Source: an uncultured Desulfosarcina sp.
GTDB lineage: Bacteria; Desulfobacterota; Desulfobacteria; Desulfobacterales; Desulfosarcinaceae
Direction: 5' to 3'
DNA: 64,000 bases
Assembly: GCA_963674945.2 (NCBI GenBank)
Contig: CAXXWQ010000003.1
Location: 864,001 to 928,000, forward strand
Shown piece by piece: positions 19,944 to 29,882 of the stretch. The position numbers and the translations under genes are program-made. Every line of letters begins with the position of its first letter. The stretch's first letter is position 1. Under the pieces are notes generated by a model. That model was not told where the DNA came from. It saw only the letters and a list, made by a program, of their open reading frames with translations, and did not search any database.

Positions 19944-20259
19944 TAAATATACATACAGGGTTACCTGGTCTGAAGATGATACAGAGTATGTGGGCCTATG
20001 TGCTGAGTTTCCCAGCTTGAGTTGGCTGGCCGATACACCTGAAAAAGCCTTAAAAGGCATCCGAAATCTTGTAGCAGAGGTGTTATTAGACATGACCCAA
20101 ACCAGCGAACCAATTCCCAAACCAATAGCAAGTAAACATTTTAGCGGGAAATTTATGGTCCGGATACCTCCAGAGGTGCATAGAAAATTAGCCATACAAG
20201 CTGCTGAATCCGGCATAAGTCTCAATCGTATTATCAGCTCCAAATTGAGCCAGATGTGA
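19927..20259 (+). CDS. hicB: HicB family antitoxin
   Basis: YTYRVTWSEDD.EYVGLCAEFP; C-terminal ribbon-helix-helix FSGKFMVRIPPEVH...SLN. Confidence 0.88.
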   Translation: MAKKNDKYTYRVTWSEDDTEYVGLCAEFPSLSWLADTPEKALKGIRNLVAEVLLDMTQTSEPIPKPIASKHFSGKFMVRIPPEVHRKLAIQAAESGISLNRIISSKLSQM

Positions 20260-20287
20260 TAATCCCGGTTTTCAAAACCAAGAAAAA

Positions 20288-21304
20288 TCACACCCGGCTG
20301 TACATAAATGACTCAACGACGAAATGTGGATATCTCTCCTTGTATGATTTATGGTCGCTATTCACCGTCGTACCTGCGTTATAATAGGGAATTCCCTCAT
20401 CCAAAAACTTTTTGAGATACCAAAGATCCGTCGCTCCCATTAACCGGTTGAACTTCGGGTCCCAAATATTGCCGAACATCGCCAGGCCGTAGCTTTTCCC
20501 TTTTTCAACCGACATGACATTGACGCCGACGATCTCCCCCTCGAATCGAAATGCCAATCCTTCATAGCGCACACCCGGCAACCCCTCTACCATCCCCTTG
20601 GCGGCCTTTTCCGCACAGCGGAGATATCTCCGCCGGGGGAACATGATCTGAAAGGTTCTCTCATCCTGCAGTTTATACTCAACCCACCTGTCATGCAGGA
20701 CCCGGCAATCACCCAAGTTATCCACCGACACCGGCTCGACGATGAACCCGTTATTCCGGATATACGTCAACGGATGCCGGATCTTGTTTTTCCTCTTTTT
20801 CGTATTCGGATAGGATGCCGGATCGAACACCGCCCCGATATTGTATGCAATCTCCTTGAACTTCGACTGTTTTGGTAACCCCGGGATCACACTGAGCGAA
20901 TAAACCACTCCCATTGTTTGAAGCATCTGGAGGGTGGCAAAATCCTCGTGAACATATTCATAGACAAAAGTTTTCCAGCCGCCGGTTCTCGAAGGCATGA
21001 CCAGTACCCTGCCCCGATACAGAAAGGCCCGACCATCTTTGACGTACTCGCCGAGATAGAAATAGGCGTCCAGACATCCAATGGAAAAATTATGAATTCC
21101 CCGGTTGTCGAGACCTTCCATCTCCCCGATATCCACAGCCTCTGATCGGAGAGACAGAACCTTGTCCACTTCCAGCTCTTTGGCCTGCTCTTGTTTTTTC
21201 CGTAAGCTGGCAAGAAACTGTTTGGCCATCTGAGGACATTTCTTTTTCAATCCCCCATAGTAAGCTGCCTGTTGATCGTTTAGAGCTATCCCGCTAACTT
21301 GCAT
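20288..21304 (-). CDS. GNAT/Fem-fold protein resembling DUF2156 (MprF C-terminal-like aminoacyl transferase)
   Basis: GLAFRFEGEIVG...GIPYYNAG...KSYKERYP C-terminal pattern. Confidence 0.45.
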   Translation of the reverse strand: MQVSGIALNDQQAAYYGGLKKKCPQMAKQFLASLRKKQEQAKELEVDKVLSLRSEAVDIGEMEGLDNRGIHNFSIGCLDAYFYLGEYVKDGRAFLYRGRVLVMPSRTGGWKTFVYEYVHEDFATLQMLQTMGVVYSLSVIPGLPKQSKFKEIAYNIGAVFDPASYPNTKKRKNKIRHPLTYIRNNGFIVEPVSVDNLGDCRVLHDRWVEYKLQDERTFQIMFPRRRYLRCAEKAAKGMVEGLPGVRYEGLAFRFEGEIVGVNVMSVEKGKSYGLAMFGNIWDPKFNRLMGATDLWYLKKFLDEGIPYYNAGTTVNSDHKSYKERYPHFVVESFMYSRV

Positions 21305-21318
21305 AATCTGCCTTTCGG

Positions 21319-21672
21319 TTATTCAGTTGGCTCAACAGGCGGTGTCTCGACGGTCACCGGAAAAGTTCCCCAAAAAATCCCATCCGGATGATCCCAGGAA
21401 AAAACATCCACCCTGGCGTCATAAAGCCCTGGATCTGGTGTCGGATCGTTTTTACCAAGAAGCATGATGACCTTTCCAGTCGGCCCGGATTCCAAGACAG
21501 ACCATTTAATCGGCCAATCGTTGTATGTCTCACCTTCAATCACGATATCCCCGATAGTGATCCGGATCTTGTTTACCGATTCCAATTCTTGAGCCACCAA
21601 ATCCCCGTCATCGTTTTCCGCTTTAAGGATCACATCGATGGTATTGTCTCGCCCAGGGTAGATATATTCCAT
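21319..21672 (-). CDS. Small beta-rich virion-type protein
   Basis: 117 aa; near-palindrome GTAATTTATTAC at 21688-21699 upstream. Confidence 0.55.
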   Translation of the reverse strand: MEYIYPGRDNTIDVILKAENDDGDLVAQELESVNKIRITIGDIVIEGETYNDWPIKWSVLESGPTGKVIMLLGKNDPTPDPGLYDARVDVFSWDHPDGIFWGTFPVTVETPPVEPTE

Positions 21673-21731
21673 GCCACACCTCTCAATGTAATTTATTACA
21701 TTGTCATCAACACAATTTTTTTTGATTGAGA

Positions 21732-22526
21732 TTATGTCAAAGTGATTGTCAACGCTTCCGCTTGAAAGCGAACTACATCTCCGGAACCCGCCGTTTCGTC
21801 AGCGATATTGTAATACATGATCATGTTCCCGGCCGTCAGCGCATCACAGATCGCCATATAGGCAAGCGTCCAGTCACCGGTTGGTGACGCAAACAGTATG
21901 ATATCGGCATTATTAACCACCCCGGCCGAGGCCAAATTCCATACCGGACTTGAACCGCCATTCGGATTGACCTGCACCCGGGCATAGTCATTGCTCGGCT
22001 CCCCGGCAATCTCTGTCGTTTCATCCGTCAGGGCGACCGAGCACAATGCGACGTATGTATCCGGCTTTCCGGTGCCGGTTGTAATATTCCTGAAAAACCG
22101 GCTAAGCAGATGATGAGCCCAGGTATTTGAAATGGCGCCAGCGGAGAATTGAATGATAATCTCCCCTGCAATGACCAACGGTACTCGACCGACTGCACAA
22201 TCTTTACCCGTAATGAAATCTCCCGTAGCCAGGCAATTACCGCCAGTCAGTGCATCAAAGATTGCCCAGTTGGTCATTGTACCCCACCCAGTCGTTGCCA
22301 CTGGACCGAATTGGACATCAGCGGCCTGAACAACCTGGCGGGAAGCAGCCGCATTGAATGTGATCGGCCGCCGGGCATAACCGTTACCGGAAGGTTCCCC
22401 CGATAATCCAGTGTCATCCACACTGGTTCCAAGGGCCAGATAGACCGTTGCCACTGGTGTTTTTTCCTCATTGCAAATATGATCCAGAAATAAATTTTCT
22501 GCATAATCAGAGATCGATCCAGGCAT
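21732..22526 (-). CDS. Tail-fibre/structural protein with two tandem repeats
   Basis: YLALGT...GEPSGNGYAR...AIFDALTGGN repeated as YVALCS...GEPSNDYAR...AICDALTAGN. Confidence 0.65.
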   Translation of the reverse strand: MPGSISDYAENLFLDHICNEEKTPVATVYLALGTSVDDTGLSGEPSGNGYARRPITFNAAASRQVVQAADVQFGPVATTGWGTMTNWAIFDALTGGNCLATGDFITGKDCAVGRVPLVIAGEIIIQFSAGAISNTWAHHLLSRFFRNITTGTGKPDTYVALCSVALTDETTEIAGEPSNDYARVQVNPNGGSSPVWNLASAGVVNNADIILFASPTGDWTLAYMAICDALTAGNMIMYYNIADETAGSGDVVRFQAEALTITLT

Positions 22527-22537
22527 TTTGCCACCTC

Positions 22538-24814
22538 CTAAATGTTACTTTGAACAACTCGTTTTGGCGTTACGGAAACGATCTTCAATTCCGGCGTCAC
22601 AGAAACGATCGCATATTCTTTTGTGACGCATTGAATCTTCGAATCGATAACATCCCCCAAAATCGTTAAGAGGAATAACGAATTATCAGTTGAAGTTTGA
22701 ATTACCGGAGATGCCTGAAGATTCCTTTCAACCATCAGAAAAACTTCAGGCGTCAACGTCCTCGGCGCCGGGTTAGCGACAATGTTTCGAATGATATTCA
22801 TCTCAGCCGACGGAGTATATGTCACAGGTTGAATATTGGCTAAGAGATCCCACAGAAATTTTAATTGAGCATCCAGCGTCCTGGTATTGATCGAAACATT
22901 CGATTCCAGGTTAATGGGAAACAAAAGCCTGGCATCCGGCGTTATTGTCTGAATCTGAATTGACCCACCCAAGTCATATGGAATAGAAAGATTACTATTT
23001 GGCGTAACCGTACCGATTTGAATCGGAGACGATAAATTCCAAAGAAACCGCAACGAAGAATCTGGAATAACCGTAACGAGATTGGGGGTGGCAATCAAAT
23101 CATAAGTAGTGCTACTACCTGGATCAGTCGCACTGTATGTAAGAAGAGAATCATTCAACACATGGAACATTGCCCGAATCCACGCGGGCGAACGAATAGA
23201 TTTCGACACACGCACAAGGCCAATTTTACCGTCAAAATTTGAGCCATTTGTAGATGCTCTCAAACGACCAATTGATATATCAGCAATTGAAGATGGCGAT
23301 TCGTCACCAATCCCACTTATCCAAGATCCAGAAACATAAGTACCATTTTTATAGATTTTGGTTGACGCTTCATCACCAAAATTATGACAAACAACAAAGT
23401 ATGAATATACACCAGTTTCAAGTAGATCAGAACCGGATTCAAAATTGCCAGCTTCTCCCGAATCATCCCGGTTATCGTATCCAAACCAAAATCTTTCGTT
23501 CCCATTCCATGGTTCGGAATCATATCCGGCACGTAAAATAAAACGGGCCTGATTAGTTTCATTCCGTTTTGAAATAAATGTATCGCTATCAGAAATGGTA
23601 TCTAACGATAAAAATAATTCTATCGTCAAATTTTCAGAATTAAAATCTGTATGGTGTGGAATTATAACAGCGTCATCATTTCCATCAAGATTGAGCGCCT
23701 TTCCAAAGCCGCCGGCAACCAAATCCTCACTTGTCATCGACCCAGTTGGCGTGCCGTGGTTTTCGTGGCTGGTCGAATCGAGAATACAATCGGTGCCGCC
23801 GCTGGGATCTTGTGCCATATTGTAAACTGCAACAAAGCTTTCATCATATACGCTTTGTGCCTCCACATCCCCGGTTAATCCGACATAACCAGCTCCAATA
23901 TAAGAGATGCCATCACAAGAATTAATTTGAAAATCATCGGCATAGACTTGCAATTTTGTATAAGGATCTTGCCACAGTAATTTTATGATAACGTCTTCAT
24001 TATTGCTATACGCAAGAGTAAGTCCATTGATATCTCCATTCCATTCCCAGCGGCCAACAGAGTCATAATAATAGCATTTCAGCACCCCACTTGTCCGAAC
24101 CATACGAATATGAGAATCATCTACCCCCCGTTTGCATGATGTACCTTCTTCATCGATTCCCCCCGCACTATAACGAGCGTCTTTGTAATAAGGAGCAATA
24201 TGCCCGATAGTAGCATCGTCGGAAGCTTGACTCACAAACATACGAGGGAAAAGATGTACTGAGGAAGAAGGAGACGAATACTGGAAAACATCAAAAAACA
24301 ATTGAACATCGAAATCACCAGATAAAATAAATTTCCCAGTCAGACGGACTTGACATAAATAATCGGTATTCAAACACCAAAAAGCAAGTTGGTTATCAGA
24401 AATAAAAAGATAATCCTCGCCGGATAAAACCTCTTTTTCCCATAGATCCGGATTCGGATCATCCCCATCAGTCCCAGAAAAATCATCGTAAATAGTAGGA
24501 GATGTAATTTCTACAGGATCGGAATAACCTATATCATTTCGTGTTTCAGTGATTTCTATCTTGATAACCGTATTAATCGATGCCAGAACAGTTGAAACTT
24601 TAACCCATAAAACAGCCTTTTCGTTTGCGATATCCCAGGTGACGACTTCGACATAACATTCAACATCATTGACCGTGGCATGCAAATATCGCCAATCATC
24701 AGTACCCAATCCAGACATAAAACCGGTTACCGCACTGATTTTGATACCAACCGCAAAATTTGATTGATCCTCATCGATCTTGTTGTGATCGATAGTGTAA
24801 TAGGCAACGGCCAT
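22538..24814 (-). CDS. Putative receptor-binding protein with DUF2341-like and LamG/ConA-like domains
   Basis: AVLWVKV, DSTSHENHGT, KALNLDGNDD, NFDGKIGLVRVS..RS..WI motifs; AT-richer core. Confidence 0.7.
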   Translation of the reverse strand: MAVAYYTIDHNKIDEDQSNFAVGIKISAVTGFMSGLGTDDWRYLHATVNDVECYVEVVTWDIANEKAVLWVKVSTVLASINTVIKIEITETRNDIGYSDPVEITSPTIYDDFSGTDGDDPNPDLWEKEVLSGEDYLFISDNQLAFWCLNTDYLCQVRLTGKFILSGDFDVQLFFDVFQYSSPSSSVHLFPRMFVSQASDDATIGHIAPYYKDARYSAGGIDEEGTSCKRGVDDSHIRMVRTSGVLKCYYYDSVGRWEWNGDINGLTLAYSNNEDVIIKLLWQDPYTKLQVYADDFQINSCDGISYIGAGYVGLTGDVEAQSVYDESFVAVYNMAQDPSGGTDCILDSTSHENHGTPTGSMTSEDLVAGGFGKALNLDGNDDAVIIPHHTDFNSENLTIELFLSLDTISDSDTFISKRNETNQARFILRAGYDSEPWNGNERFWFGYDNRDDSGEAGNFESGSDLLETGVYSYFVVCHNFGDEASTKIYKNGTYVSGSWISGIGDESPSSIADISIGRLRASTNGSNFDGKIGLVRVSKSIRSPAWIRAMFHVLNDSLLTYSATDPGSSTTYDLIATPNLVTVIPDSSLRFLWNLSSPIQIGTVTPNSNLSIPYDLGGSIQIQTITPDARLLFPINLESNVSINTRTLDAQLKFLWDLLANIQPVTYTPSAEMNIIRNIVANPAPRTLTPEVFLMVERNLQASPVIQTSTDNSLFLLTILGDVIDSKIQCVTKEYAIVSVTPELKIVSVTPKRVVQSNI

Positions 24815-24837
24815 TTTTCTTCCTCGACTTCGAAATC

Positions 24838-24878
24838 AAATAAAAAGAACCCCGGAGCCTATTGGTACGGCCCCGGGG
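24838..24878 (-). terminator. Intrinsic terminator after the lysis-region genes
   Basis: CCCCGGGGCC/GGCTCCGGGG stem then TTCTTTTTATTT on the minus strand. Confidence 0.65.
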
Positions 24879-24931
24879 CATTCCCAAGGTAGCGAAAAGG
24901 GACGAACACACAGCCCCGGCGGTGGGAACTA

Positions 24932-25477
24932 TCAAATAAATATCCGGATGAAATCTTGCGGTAAATAACTCAAGACCAAAAATGGCATCAATACCTTCCG
25001 TTGAGCGGCAAAATGTCGGGATATCATGCCGAAATCATAATCCGTCAATTTGACCAATTGAATCTCTGGAATATCAATCAACTTGAAATCCTCAAGAATA
25101 ACGAACAAGGCTTGCACCTCGGGAGGAAGCGCATTGTATTCTTTTGTAATGAAAATGACAAAATCCGCATAAGTGATCCCGCTGATTTGAACATCTTTAA
25201 GGATAATTTCCATTCGATCGATGAACGCCAACGCCTGCGATACCGTATACGTTTTTGAAGCAACACCTGCCAAATTTGCAATTTTCAACACACCGGATAC
25301 TGCCTCGGGCGTGACATTGACTTTCTCTGAAATCTGACAAATCACGGATGTTTGGCCATCCGGAATCTTGGCGCACACGGATTCGTTGCTTGCAAAGTTT
25401 GTGGCACAGGCACACACGAGTAAAAAAACAACCGACATGAAAAGCAAACCAACTCGTTTTGTATTAAACATGATCAT
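24932..25477 (-). CDS. Putative lipoprotein (possible spanin-like role)
   Basis: Start after AGGAGG; signal peptide ending LVCA-C lipobox; hydrophobic C-terminus. Confidence 0.55.
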   Translation of the reverse strand: MIMFNTKRVGLLFMSVVFLLVCACATNFASNESVCAKIPDGQTSVICQISEKVNVTPEAVSGVLKIANLAGVASKTYTVSQALAFIDRMEIILKDVQISGITYADFVIFITKEYNALPPEVQALFVILEDFKLIDIPEIQLVKLTDYDFGMISRHFAAQRKVLMPFLVLSYLPQDFIRIFI

Positions 25478-26420
25478 TCCTCCTGAATTCATTAATATAG
25501 TTTTCGAAATCCCATTTTTTGAAAAACTGAGCTGCCGCCATGGCGCCAGAGTCATACAGACGGTCCCGCGTGGCATTGTCCATCCCGAAATTGACAAAGG
25601 AATTACCCATAGTATCGATATGGATTGTCCGGACTCTCTCAGACGCTTCCATGGCCCGGGCGTCGTGAGCATCAAGCATCGTATTGACAAGAGCCATGCA
25701 CAGATCTATCGGACCACTGATTTTTGAATAATGATCAATTGGAAGCCCCTGACGAAAATCTTCCAACTTGAAACCGAACGTCGGCCACCTGGGAGGAAGA
25801 TTGTCCTTCCTATCGAATAACCAGACGGGATAATTGGAAAGCACACCACCATCGACGATATGACAAGGACCTTGAGAGTGATGCAAACAAACTGTCTCAA
25901 AAAAGACCGGTACCGACATGGACATTCTTACAGCCAATGCGATTTCAAACGCATCTGGATCAATACCGTATTCGGCTATGTCACCGGGAAATATCAGCAT
26001 CTTCCGGCGGGAAATATCCGTTGCGATCATCTGCAAGGGATAACCACCATCTTCACGCTTGATGAGATCCCCGAACGTCCGCGCCCTGCTCGGTGAACGT
26101 TCCAGGTGCCCCCGCATCCAATTAAGAAAGTAATCCCCTTCATAAAAACCATTCTCGAAAAGAATTGACAAAACGGGGCCAAGCACCGGAATCCTGTCGA
26201 TCGCCCCTTTGTCACAGAATTTCTGATAATTGGTATTGGAGACGATATCGGAAATTGTATTGGCATCATATCCGCCGGCGATCAGTGCGGCCACGATCGA
26301 TCCCGCCGATGTTCCTGCCACGCGATTGAACTCGTATCCCATGGCTTCAGTAACCGCGACAGCGCCACACAAACCGACACCGTTTACCCCACCCCCTTCG
26401 AACACAGCATCACATTTCAT
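25464..26420 (-). CDS. Patatin-like phospholipase
   Basis: EGGGVNG, GTSAG and DGG motifs. Confidence 0.92.
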   Translation of the reverse strand: MKCDAVFEGGGVNGVGLCGAVAVTEAMGYEFNRVAGTSAGSIVAALIAGGYDANTISDIVSNTNYQKFCDKGAIDRIPVLGPVLSILFENGFYEGDYFLNWMRGHLERSPSRARTFGDLIKREDGGYPLQMIATDISRRKMLIFPGDIAEYGIDPDAFEIALAVRMSMSVPVFFETVCLHHSQGPCHIVDGGVLSNYPVWLFDRKDNLPPRWPTFGFKLEDFRQGLPIDHYSKISGPIDLCMALVNTMLDAHDARAMEASERVRTIHIDTMGNSFVNFGMDNATRDRLYDSGAMAAAQFFKKWDFENYINEFRRNDHV

Positions 26421-26495
26421 CCATTACCCCCGTATTTTACTCATTTCCATCAGAGAAAAACGTATCGATGAAACAATGACCGAAGACTTTTTTAA

Positions 26496-26879
26496 CTACT
26501 CGACGGAACCCCTTATCTTCACGATCGACGGGTTCCCCACTTGGAAAGGGACGGTCCAGTTCCCCCCTGAGAACACGATGCCAAATTCCTCCCCGTCACT
26601 GAATTCCAAATCATAAATGGGCAGCTTGGCCCCGATACTCACGTAATAGATTCCATCCGGTAGGTCTGAAATTGTTGCAATCCGGGCGGTTGCATCGACG
26701 GTTACTGCCGGATCACCCAGTTCGGCGCCATCCGGCCTGGCATAGATGTAGAATTCACTCACCTTACCCTGATCAGCTACCGAAAATTCCCACTCGACAA
26801 TGATTGAATTGGCAGCCATGGCACCGGCAGCCATGACCATTGCGACAATTAAAACGACAAAAAAAATGAGTCTTTTCAT
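26496..26879 (-). CDS. Secreted fibronectin type III-like protein
   Basis: Signal peptide; VEW...FYIY...TISDL..G.YYVSIGA. Confidence 0.6.
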   Translation of the reverse strand: MKRLIFFVVLIVAMVMAAGAMAANSIIVEWEFSVADQGKVSEFYIYARPDGAELGDPAVTVDATARIATISDLPDGIYYVSIGAKLPIYDLEFSDGEEFGIVFSGGNWTVPFQVGNPSIVKIRGSVE

Positions 26880-26881
26880 GA

Positions 26882-27268
26882 TTAGTTTTCTCCTTTGATT
26901 CTTTTAATTCCTGGTACTGTGATTGAATATTCTTTATTTAATTCTGACGTTCCGATTAATGTCACTTCCTCTGAATCCGCGCTTTCCAGATCACCCTCGA
27001 AAGCACGAACGACAAAATAATAGGTTGTATCTTCCTCTACTGCCGGCAGAAATATTTCTGCCATGGTGCCGGCTCCGCTCCATGCCGGTTTCTGATAATC
27101 GAACTCTTGACCCTCAACTCGAACGAAAACCCGATATCCATCAGGCGCTGGCTCATTCGCATCCCAAGTTAATCTGACACCGATACCTGTAACTGTGATG
27201 GTTGTGGCGGAAACCATTGCCGGTAAAAGCAAAATGAAAATGAAGACAAAGAAGAAACGCTTCTTCAT
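26882..27268 (-). CDS. Secreted fibronectin type III protein
   Basis: Signal peptide; LTWDAN...GYRVF...YYFVVRAF...ESADSEEV. Confidence 0.75.
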   Translation of the reverse strand: MKKRFFFVFIFILLLPAMVSATTITVTGIGVRLTWDANEPAPDGYRVFVRVEGQEFDYQKPAWSGAGTMAEIFLPAVEEDTTYYFVVRAFEGDLESADSEEVTLIGTSELNKEYSITVPGIKRIKGEN

Positions 27269-27762
27269 TTCACGCCTTTCAGCGCCCGGTTAATCCATCC
27301 AAGCAAATACTTTTTCTGACTTGGTTTCCGGTTACAGATTGAGGCATAGTACTTAACCTTGGCCACAAAAAAAGCATTGAAGAAAAACTTCGGATTTTCG
27401 AACTCAAATTCGGTATTCAACACGCCAAGGGTTTTGACACCCATGATTCCATCCGGATAAGTGCCGGCTGCCTTTTGAGTCATCCGGATCGCCGTATAGA
27501 CACCCATGTTTACCGCCGTATCGAAAATCACCTCGGCGATATCCTGCCGCTCAACATCATCACCTCGAATCGGATCCCAGTAATTAGCTCGATAAATCTC
27601 CTTGGCTCGATCCTCAGTAAGATTCGCAATATCCTCTTTTGGGTGGGCGGCCTTGCTGATTCCGAATTTGGTTTCCCCGCCAGGATCCTCCGGATCATTG
27701 GTATAAGTGCTACCGCCTTCCCTTTCCAAAATTTTACTGACTGCTAATTCAAAATTCGCCAT
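27265..27762 (-). CDS. Endolysin, glycoside hydrolase family 108
   Basis: EGG...DPGGETKFGIS, FDTAVNMG and GWINR motifs. Confidence 0.92.
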   Translation of the reverse strand: MANFELAVSKILEREGGSTYTNDPEDPGGETKFGISKAAHPKEDIANLTEDRAKEIYRANYWDPIRGDDVERQDIAEVIFDTAVNMGVYTAIRMTQKAAGTYPDGIMGVKTLGVLNTEFEFENPKFFFNAFFVAKVKYYASICNRKPSQKKYLLGWINRALKGVK

Positions 27763-27763
27763 T

Positions 27764-27775
27764 GTAATTAATTAC
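27764..27775. promoter_or_regulatory. Palindrome GTAATTAATTAC 1 bp upstream of the endolysin ATG
   Basis: Perfect copy; no SD visible. Confidence 0.75.
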
Positions 27776-27806
27776 TTTTATTTGAAGATAATTTTTTTTG
27801 AACCGA

Positions 27807-29444
27807 TCAACTGGCGAGCATGATTTGGAGATACTTACTCTCAGCACCGACAAGCGCCTTTTCCATTTCCTCGCCATTCAGCTCATCCTCTGCCGAAATC
27901 TCCTGATTTTCCTGTCCTCCACCCCCTTCCTGACCCTGTTCCTGGCTATTCTCTTCTTCTGAACCTTCCTCCGATTCTCCACCTTCACCGCCGCCCCCCA
28001 TCATACCAGCCATGGCTTGCTGGTTTAACCACATGACATATTGAGGATTCAAGATAAGGCCGCCGCCCTTATCTTCCCCAAGCGGTTCGCGCCCAGCTTC
28101 AATCCGTGCCTCATCGACGGTAAGGTATGACCCCACTTCTTTTGTCCGAAGATCGATAACCTCTTTCTCATCTTTGGAGTCGATGCCGACCCAAACGAAT
28201 CGAAACTCATCCGTTAAGGGCTCGATGATGTAATGATTCACCCATCGGCCAACAGACGCAAGAAGAGGCCGAAGGCCTTTATCCTTCGACATCTTGAGCT
28301 TGGCTTCCTGATTGGATTCGAACAACGGTGCAGAACCACCGCTGCCGGCTGACATGAAGAACCCGATTTCTCCGGCGTCAATCGAATAAACAGCGCAAGC
28401 AATTTTTACAAGAAAATCAAGGTATTGTGTAAACTCCATTTCGCGGTTCGTCGAACCCATGTTGACGAATTCCACCCCATCCGTCTGAAGAATCGGCGTC
28501 GACCAGGCGTTTTTAGTTCCAGTAACCATCGCCCGCCACGCCCGCTTAAACGCTTCAAGCTGATCACCCATGACACCTGACTGGGCCTTGCCGGTTTTAA
28601 TATTGATCAATCCCTTCACGGCCGCTCCATTCTGGAAAAACTGACTGTTATGGGTCATGGCGTTGAAGATATTGGTCACGATCGACACGAGCTGCTCAAG
28701 CTCGCTCACCCCGTAACCATTATTCTTGATATTGGTCGTGGGATTCCGGATGCCGTACAAAATCTCATCCGGTTCGTATTCAGTGACTATTTGGCCATTG
28801 AGAACCTGGACGTACTTCTTGTCATCCAACCCTTCGTCATCTTTTTGAGCCAATGCCAAACGGATAGTCGCCGCATCAACAGCATAAAAAGAATGAAGAC
28901 CGCCTTTCCGGGTCGGAAGCAGCTCAGTCACAGCCGCATCGAATGTAAGTGAATCCCTCACCGTCTTTTTCAACCAGGTGTCGAAGTTATCTCTACCGGC
29001 ACGAGTCTGCTTGGGGTCGACATAACCACATCGACGAATGAAATTTTCTAAATCTTTGACATACTGCTCTTCGCTTTTGGACAACTTCTTATTCGGATCT
29101 TTGTGTGCGACACGGAAGCCAAGCTGATCATTGCCAGTGGTTTCCATCTCGCTGACGGGTGCCGAAAAAACTCCGACCTGCCGAATCCTCGTATTAACGA
29201 TCGAACTGATAATAGGATTCTTTTCGGCCATCACCCGAAGAGTATCCCAAGTTAAATTGCTCCGCCGTTCACGCCAGAGACCATATTGACTCGTAAAATC
29301 ATAAGGATTGACAAAAAAGGTTTGTGGAGTATCTCGACGTGCGGGGAGTTTTTCACCACTGACGCTTTCTTTTTTGGCTTTTGCCAATTCCTCCGCCGCG
29401 AACTCGTTCAACAGTTCAAAAAACTCTTGGTTTTCCATTGCCAT
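27807..29444 (-). CDS. Portal protein
   Basis: 545 aa; VRDSLTFD, VDAATI, GYGVSELE, REMEF..Y, SKDKGLRPLL motifs of Twort-like portals. Confidence 0.9.
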   Translation of the reverse strand: MAMENQEFFELLNEFAAEELAKAKKESVSGEKLPARRDTPQTFFVNPYDFTSQYGLWRERRSNLTWDTLRVMAEKNPIISSIVNTRIRQVGVFSAPVSEMETTGNDQLGFRVAHKDPNKKLSKSEEQYVKDLENFIRRCGYVDPKQTRAGRDNFDTWLKKTVRDSLTFDAAVTELLPTRKGGLHSFYAVDAATIRLALAQKDDEGLDDKKYVQVLNGQIVTEYEPDEILYGIRNPTTNIKNNGYGVSELEQLVSIVTNIFNAMTHNSQFFQNGAAVKGLINIKTGKAQSGVMGDQLEAFKRAWRAMVTGTKNAWSTPILQTDGVEFVNMGSTNREMEFTQYLDFLVKIACAVYSIDAGEIGFFMSAGSGGSAPLFESNQEAKLKMSKDKGLRPLLASVGRWVNHYIIEPLTDEFRFVWVGIDSKDEKEVIDLRTKEVGSYLTVDEARIEAGREPLGEDKGGGLILNPQYVMWLNQQAMAGMMGGGGEGGESEEGSEEENSQEQGQEGGGGQENQEISAEDELNGEEMEKALVGAESKYLQIMLAS

Positions 29445-29668
29445 TAGAAATCCTCTATTGGTTTATTGAAAAGAGTGCGCGCCGCATACGGCAATTCACC
29501 GGTTGACTGTTCATCCAAATCCGCCCGGACGAGGCTCACATCCAAACCAGGAATATGAACATGCTGCCGATGACGACACTTGTTACACTCGACAACAGAA
29601 CCCTCAAGATTTATAGGATTAGTTTCCCCACCACATTCATTACACGCCATCTCTCCATCCGCTTTCAT
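29444..29668 (-). CDS. Small zinc-ribbon protein
   Basis: CNEC...CNKC; true start may be MACNEC at 29650 (GGAG RBS). Confidence 0.55.
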   Translation of the reverse strand: MKADGEMACNECGGETNPINLEGSVVECNKCRHRQHVHIPGLDVSLVRADLDEQSTGELPYAARTLFNKPIEDF

Positions 29669-29669
29669 T

Positions 29670-29715
29670 GTAATTAATTACTTAAATTCTATAACATGGC
29701 GCAGGATGGTGTCAA
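29670..29715 (-). promoter_or_regulatory. Sigma70-like promoter followed by the GTAATTAATTAC palindrome
   Basis: TTGACA-18-TAGAAT on the minus strand; palindrome at 29670-29681 near the expected +1. Confidence 0.65.
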
Positions 29716-29882
29716 CTGGAAAGGTGAAATGCTATTATAAAATGTAGCGGCAAAAAGTTTGATACTACCTGTAGTTAAGGAATTTCCAAAAAACAGACGA
29801 CCGGTGCCTCCTGATCATGATTGCTTCAGGAGCCTTGTCCTGATACAGATGAAGGAAATAAGTGAACAAAGGAGGTCAGGAA

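Noticed and set aside
25464..26420. Patatin as a CBASS effector
   Set aside because: No CD-NTase or Cap genes nearby; the context is lysis and structural
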